Notes under the pieces: model-generated
The model's input: the letters and a program-made list of their open reading frames with translations, nothing else
The model's database searches: none
Told to the model about the DNA's origin: nothing
Translations under genes and position numbers: made by a program
Origin: Syntrophales bacterium
GTDB lineage: Bacteria > Desulfobacterota > Syntrophia > Syntrophales > PHBD01
Direction: 5' to 3'
Length of the DNA: 64,000 bases
Assembly: GCA_963668175.1 (NCBI GenBank)
Contig: OY764159.1
Location: 800,001-864,000 of the forward strand
Shown: piece by piece, positions 60,076 to 64,000 of the stretch
Position numbering within the stretch: position 1 is the first letter of the stretch
Layout of the letters: every line of letters begins with the position of its first letter

Positions 60076-61410
60076 ATGTTTGAAAATCTAACAGAAAAGC
60101 TGGAAGGGATTTTTAAGAAGCTCAAGGGCAGAGGTCGTCTCGATGAGGAGAACATCCAGTCCGCCCTCAAAGAGATCCGTATGGCCCTCCTGGAGGCCGA
60201 CGTCAATTTCCGCGTCGTCAAGGATTTCATCGAGGATGTGCGGACGCGGGCGATCGGCCAGAACGTCATTGACAGCATCACGCCCGGACAGCAGGTGGTC
60301 AAGATCGTCCATGACCGGCTCGTAGAGCTCATGGGGGGTACGAGCAGCTTTGTCCGCTTCGGAAACCGCCTGCCGGCGCCGGTGATGCTTGTAGGTCTTC
60401 AGGGATGCGGCAAGACGACAACGACCGTCAAGCTCGCCCGCCTTTTTGCCGCCCAGGGCAAGCGGGTGTATCTCGTATCCGCCGACGTCTACAGGCCTGC
60501 CGCCATGGAGCAGCTGCGCGTTTTGGGAACACAGATCGGGGCCGGCGTTTACGATGCGGGAAGCCTGAGGGACCCCATCAAGATATGCCAGCAGGCCGTC
60601 GAAGAGGCGGCCAGGGGAGGCTACGAGGTCCTGCTTATCGATACGGCGGGTCGACTGCATATCGATGATGAGATGATGGCCGAGTTGCGCAGGATCAAGG
60701 AGGCCATCAAGCCGTCGGAGATTCTCTTCGTCGCCGATGCCATGACCGGCCAGGATGCCGTCAATGTTGCCGGCAAATTCAACGAACTTCTGGGGATCGA
60801 TGCCGTCATTATGACGAAAATGGACGGCGACGCCCGGGGCGGCGCCGCTCTGTCCCTGAAGGCCGTCATCGGCAAGCCCATCAAATTCATCGGTGTCGGC
60901 GAGAAGGTCGATGCCTTGGAGCTGTTTCACCCCGAGAGGATGGCATCGAAGATTCTCGGTATGGGCGATATCCTGACCCTGGTGGAAAAGGCCCAGGCGA
61001 CGGTTGACGAAAAGGAAGCCAGGGAATTAGAAAAAAAATTAAGGAAAAACGAATTCACCCTGGAAGATTTCCGGGATCAGCTCAAACAGATCAGGAAAAT
61101 GGGATCCCTTCAGGACATTCTGGGGATGATTCCGGGACTTGGCAAGCTCAAGGCCATGAAAAACGTGACGCCCGACGACCGGGAACTGGTCAAGGTGGCG
61201 GCGATCATCGATTCGATGACCCGCAAGGAGCGTCTCAATTATCTGATTATCGACGGCTCGCGCAGGAAACGGATTGCCGCGGGGAGCGGTACGACCGTCC
61301 AGGACGTCAATAAATTGCTCAAAAATTACATCGATATGCGTAAAATCATGAAGAAAATGATGTCGAAGGACGGCATGAAAATGATGCGGCGCGGTAATTT
61401 TCCCTTTTAA
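60076..61410 (+). CDS. ffh: Signal recognition particle protein
   Basis: GLQGCGKTT, DTAGR, TKMDGDARGG, Met-rich M domain. Confidence 0.97.
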   Translation: MFENLTEKLEGIFKKLKGRGRLDEENIQSALKEIRMALLEADVNFRVVKDFIEDVRTRAIGQNVIDSITPGQQVVKIVHDRLVELMGGTSSFVRFGNRLPAPVMLVGLQGCGKTTTTVKLARLFAAQGKRVYLVSADVYRPAAMEQLRVLGTQIGAGVYDAGSLRDPIKICQQAVEEAARGGYEVLLIDTAGRLHIDDEMMAELRRIKEAIKPSEILFVADAMTGQDAVNVAGKFNELLGIDAVIMTKMDGDARGGAALSLKAVIGKPIKFIGVGEKVDALELFHPERMASKILGMGDILTLVEKAQATVDEKEARELEKKLRKNEFTLEDFRDQLKQIRKMGSLQDILGMIPGLGKLKAMKNVTPDDRELVKVAAIIDSMTRKERLNYLIIDGSRRKRIAAGSGTTVQDVNKLLKNYIDMRKIMKKMMSKDGMKMMRRGNFPF

Positions 61411-61481
61411 AAAGAAAAAAAGTATGTTAGCTTTTTTATTCTTGTAAAAATAATCCTTTTAGGAGGTGATCGTTAAAAGTA

Positions 61482-61736
61482 ATGGCGGTTAAAATTAGAT
61501 TGGCACGAATGGGTAGTAAAAGCAGTCCTTTTTACAGAATAGTCATTGCCGATTCCGATTCTCCCAGGGACGGGCGGTTTCTGGAAATCGTCGGAAATTA
61601 CGATCCGAAGAAAGATCCGGCAGAGATTAATCTTAAAGAGGATCGCATCTCCGCCTGGCTTGCCCAAGGCGCCAAACCAACCCTGACGGTATCCCAGTTG
61701 TTGAAACAGAAAGGACTTGCTCCGAAGACGGCCTAA
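61482..61736 (+). CDS. rpsP: 30S ribosomal protein S16
   Basis: MAVKIRLARMG…RDGRFLE. Confidence 0.97.
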   Translation: MAVKIRLARMGSKSSPFYRIVIADSDSPRDGRFLEIVGNYDPKKDPAEINLKEDRISAWLAQGAKPTLTVSQLLKQKGLAPKTA

Positions 61737-61858
61737 AGTACTTAAAGATTCTTTTCAGCTGATGACGTCATCATGAACAACGCGACCATTGCGTAAGCGA
61801 AAAAAGTCGATATCTTATTGTCGGAAACGTAATTCGAAAGTCAGTGGAGGTTGGTACG

Positions 61859-62089
61859 ATGAAAGAATTGATTAAGTTCATGGCCCAAGCGTTGGTGGAT
61901 CATCCTGACAAGGTTGAGGTTTCTGAGATAGTCGGCGAGCAGACTTCCGTAATCGAACTGAGAGTCGCAAAAGAAGACTTAGGCAAGGTCATCGGCAAGC
62001 AGGGGAGGACGGCCAAGGCCATGAGGGCCATTCTGAGTGCCGCATCTACAAAAATCAAAAAGAGAACGGTTCTGGAGATCATCGAATAG
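61859..62089 (+). CDS. khpA: KH-domain RNA-binding protein
   Basis: [20 protein letters not shown] before ATG 61859. Confidence 0.93.
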   Translation: MKELIKFMAQALVDHPDKVEVSEIVGEQTSVIELRVAKEDLGKVIGKQGRTAKAMRAILSAASTKIKKRTVLEIIE

Positions 62090-62094
62090 CGTTC

Positions 62095-62595
62095 ATGGAT
62101 CTCTTCGAGGCTGGGAAGATCGTAAAAGCCCAAGGGCTTAAGGGTTCCATGAAGGTCATATCCTACCTTGAGAGAGGTGATGCCCTTAGGTCCATAACGG
62201 AAGTCTTCGTTCATAAGGGAAACCAGGGTTATCTACCTTATAAAGTAAGACAAATCAGGATACGGGATAAATTTTTCATCCTGGATCTTGTTGGTGTCGA
62301 CGGTATCGATGCCACCCGGGATTTCATCGGTTGTCCCCTGCTGGTTCCCCGCGACCGTCTGCCCGAGTTGCCTGCCGATGAATATTATTGGCATGAGCTT
62401 CTGGGCCTTGAAGTCGTAACGGAGGAAGGGACGGTTGTGGGGCGGATCGTGTCCATCTTTCCCACGGGCAGTAACGACGTTTATGTATGCAGCGACGGCA
62501 CAAGGGAAATCATGCTGCCTGCCATTTCCGACTGCGTAAAAAAGATCGACAGGCAAAACCGTGTGATGGTGGTCGAGCTGCTCGAGGGGCTGTAA
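62095..62595 (+). CDS. rimM: Ribosome maturation factor
   Basis: GKIVKAQGLKG, EYYWHEL, GSNDV. Confidence 0.93.
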   Translation: MDLFEAGKIVKAQGLKGSMKVISYLERGDALRSITEVFVHKGNQGYLPYKVRQIRIRDKFFILDLVGVDGIDATRDFIGCPLLVPRDRLPELPADEYYWHELLGLEVVTEEGTVVGRIVSIFPTGSNDVYVCSDGTREIMLPAISDCVKKIDRQNRVMVVELLEGL

Positions 62596-62598
62596 GCG

Positions 62599-63333
62599 AT
62601 GATCACGTTCGATATCCTGTCCGTCTTTCCGGAGATGTTCCATTCCCCGTTTGACTGCAGCCTGCTGAAGAAAGCCCGGGAAAAAGGACTGATCGATATT
62701 CGCCTTCATGATATCCGTGAGTACGCGGAAGACAAGCACAGAATGACCGACGACGCACCGTACGGCGGCGGGGGCGGCATGGTCATGAAGGTTGAGCCGG
62801 TTGAAAGAGCGCTCCGCGCTGTGATTCCGGACAGGGAGCATGCCCTCGTCGTTCTCCTGACGCCGCAGGGCGAAACATTCCGTCACCGGATTGCCGAAGA
62901 GATGGCCGCCTATGAACGAATCGTTCTTGTGTGCGGGCATTACGAGGGGTTTGACGAGAGGATCAGAAAGCATCTGGCCGACAGAGAGATATCGATCGGC
63001 GATTACGTCCTTACCGGCGGCGAATTGTCGGCCATGGTGATCGTCGATGCCGTTTCCCGGCTGATCCCTGGCGTGTTGGGGAACAGCGAATCGTCGGCGT
63101 TCGACTCGTTCGCCACGGGGCTCCTGGAGTATCCCCATTATACGCGGCCGGCGGAATACAGGGGATGGGACGTTCCCGATGTCCTGCTCTCGGGCAACCA
63201 CAAGGAGATCGATCTCTGGCGCCGGAGGGCGTCTTTGAAAAGGACGTGGGAACGAAGGCCGGATCTCCTGGACGAGGCGGAGCTCTCAGCGGAAGACCGG
63301 GCCTACCTCGCTGAATTGAAGGCGACAGACTAA
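62599..63333 (+). CDS. trmD: tRNA (guanine37-N1)-methyltransferase
   Basis: [29 protein letters not shown]. Confidence 0.97.
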   Translation: MITFDILSVFPEMFHSPFDCSLLKKAREKGLIDIRLHDIREYAEDKHRMTDDAPYGGGGGMVMKVEPVERALRAVIPDREHALVVLLTPQGETFRHRIAEEMAAYERIVLVCGHYEGFDERIRKHLADREISIGDYVLTGGELSAMVIVDAVSRLIPGVLGNSESSAFDSFATGLLEYPHYTRPAEYRGWDVPDVLLSGNHKEIDLWRRRASLKRTWERRPDLLDEAELSAEDRAYLAELKATD

Positions 63334-63339
63334 GGCTTT

Positions 63340-63894
63340 ATGGCCGATGTATATATAGCTCTTTTGCATTATCCCGTTTACAACAGAAGCGGGGCCGTCG
63401 TGACGACGTCCGTGGCCAACATGGACATCCACGATATTGCCAGGGCGGCGCGGACATACGGGATCAAGAAATATTATATCGTCACGCCGCTTGCGGCCCA
63501 GAGAAAGCTTGCCGGCGATATTTTGCGCCACTGGCAGACCGGTTACGGGGCCCGGTTCAATTCCAGCCGCCGCGAGGCGTTTGCCATCACGGACCTGTGC
63601 GCAACGCTCGACGATGCGATGGGGGATATCGCAAGCCTGTCGGGATGCACAGCCAGGCTCGTCGCCACGGGGGCGCGTCTTCGGGGGCGGATATCTTACG
63701 CGGAATTGCGGGAAAAGCTCCGGGAGCATTCCGGTGCCTGGCTCCTTCTTTTCGGGACTGGTTCCGGACTGGCCGTCGAGATTCTTGACCGGGCGGACTA
63801 TTCGCTCCAACCGATCAAAGGGCCCGCCGAATATAACCATTTGTCGGTGAGGTCGGCCGTTGCCATCACGCTGGACAGATTGCTGGGAATATGA
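63340..63894 (+). CDS. SPOUT-family RNA methyltransferase (TrmD-associated)
   Basis: LLHYPVYN, DIHDIAR, FGTG, YNHLSVRSA. Confidence 0.85.
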   Translation: MADVYIALLHYPVYNRSGAVVTTSVANMDIHDIARAARTYGIKKYYIVTPLAAQRKLAGDILRHWQTGYGARFNSSRREAFAITDLCATLDDAMGDIASLSGCTARLVATGARLRGRISYAELREKLREHSGAWLLLFGTGSGLAVEILDRADYSLQPIKGPAEYNHLSVRSAVAITLDRLLGI

Positions 63895-63942
63895 AATACG
63901 ATATACAAAGAATAGGATTGAGAACTCAGGAGGGTTAAGGAA

Positions 63943-64000
63943 ATGAATATCATTGACATTTTGGAAAAGGAACAGATGCGATTCGATCTGCCGGATTTCA
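63943..64000 (+). CDS. rplS: 50S ribosomal protein L19 (partial, runs off window)
   Basis: MNIIDILEKEQMRFDLPDF; conserved position after trmD. Confidence 0.85.
   Translation, partial: MNIIDILEKEQMRFDLPDF

Noticed and set aside
61760..61773. 14-bp palindrome TGATGACGTCATCA between rpsP and khpA
   Set aside because: A few palindromes of this length are expected by chance in 64 kb; no other support.

Overview
Gene-dense chromosomal segment, most likely from an anaerobic Desulfobacterota/Deltaproteobacterium (Syntrophales-like; inferred from gene content and order, not a database match). Housekeeping blocks: moaA, pilT/pilU, an LPS cluster (lptG, lipid A acyltransferase, waaF, gmhB, waaC, Trm112-like), groES-groEL, an RND efflux operon, a stand-alone atpE, a four-subunit 2-oxoacid:ferredoxin oxidoreductase, nfo, ribD, rmlA/C-pilD, argS-SPOR and ffh-rpsP-khpA-rimM-trmD-SPOUT-rplS. 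I saw no rRNA, tRNA, CRISPR, prophage or IS element. Best find, absent from the ORF track: a probable exported HMA/MerP-fold selenoprotein (19066-19374) with a CxxU motif and a perfect SECIS-like hairpin 11 nt after the UGA. Also notable: a Slam/T11SS-like barrel followed by tandem FecR-domain paralogues; a divergent signalling island (degenerate GGDEF-HDOD, GAF-adenylate cyclase, HDOD-Ser/Thr kinase); a 1-nt frameshift in the RND outer-membrane channel; a Fur-like box in the RND promoter; an orphan NusG paralogue; and an unusual atpE leader. All calls are from motif recognition by eye.
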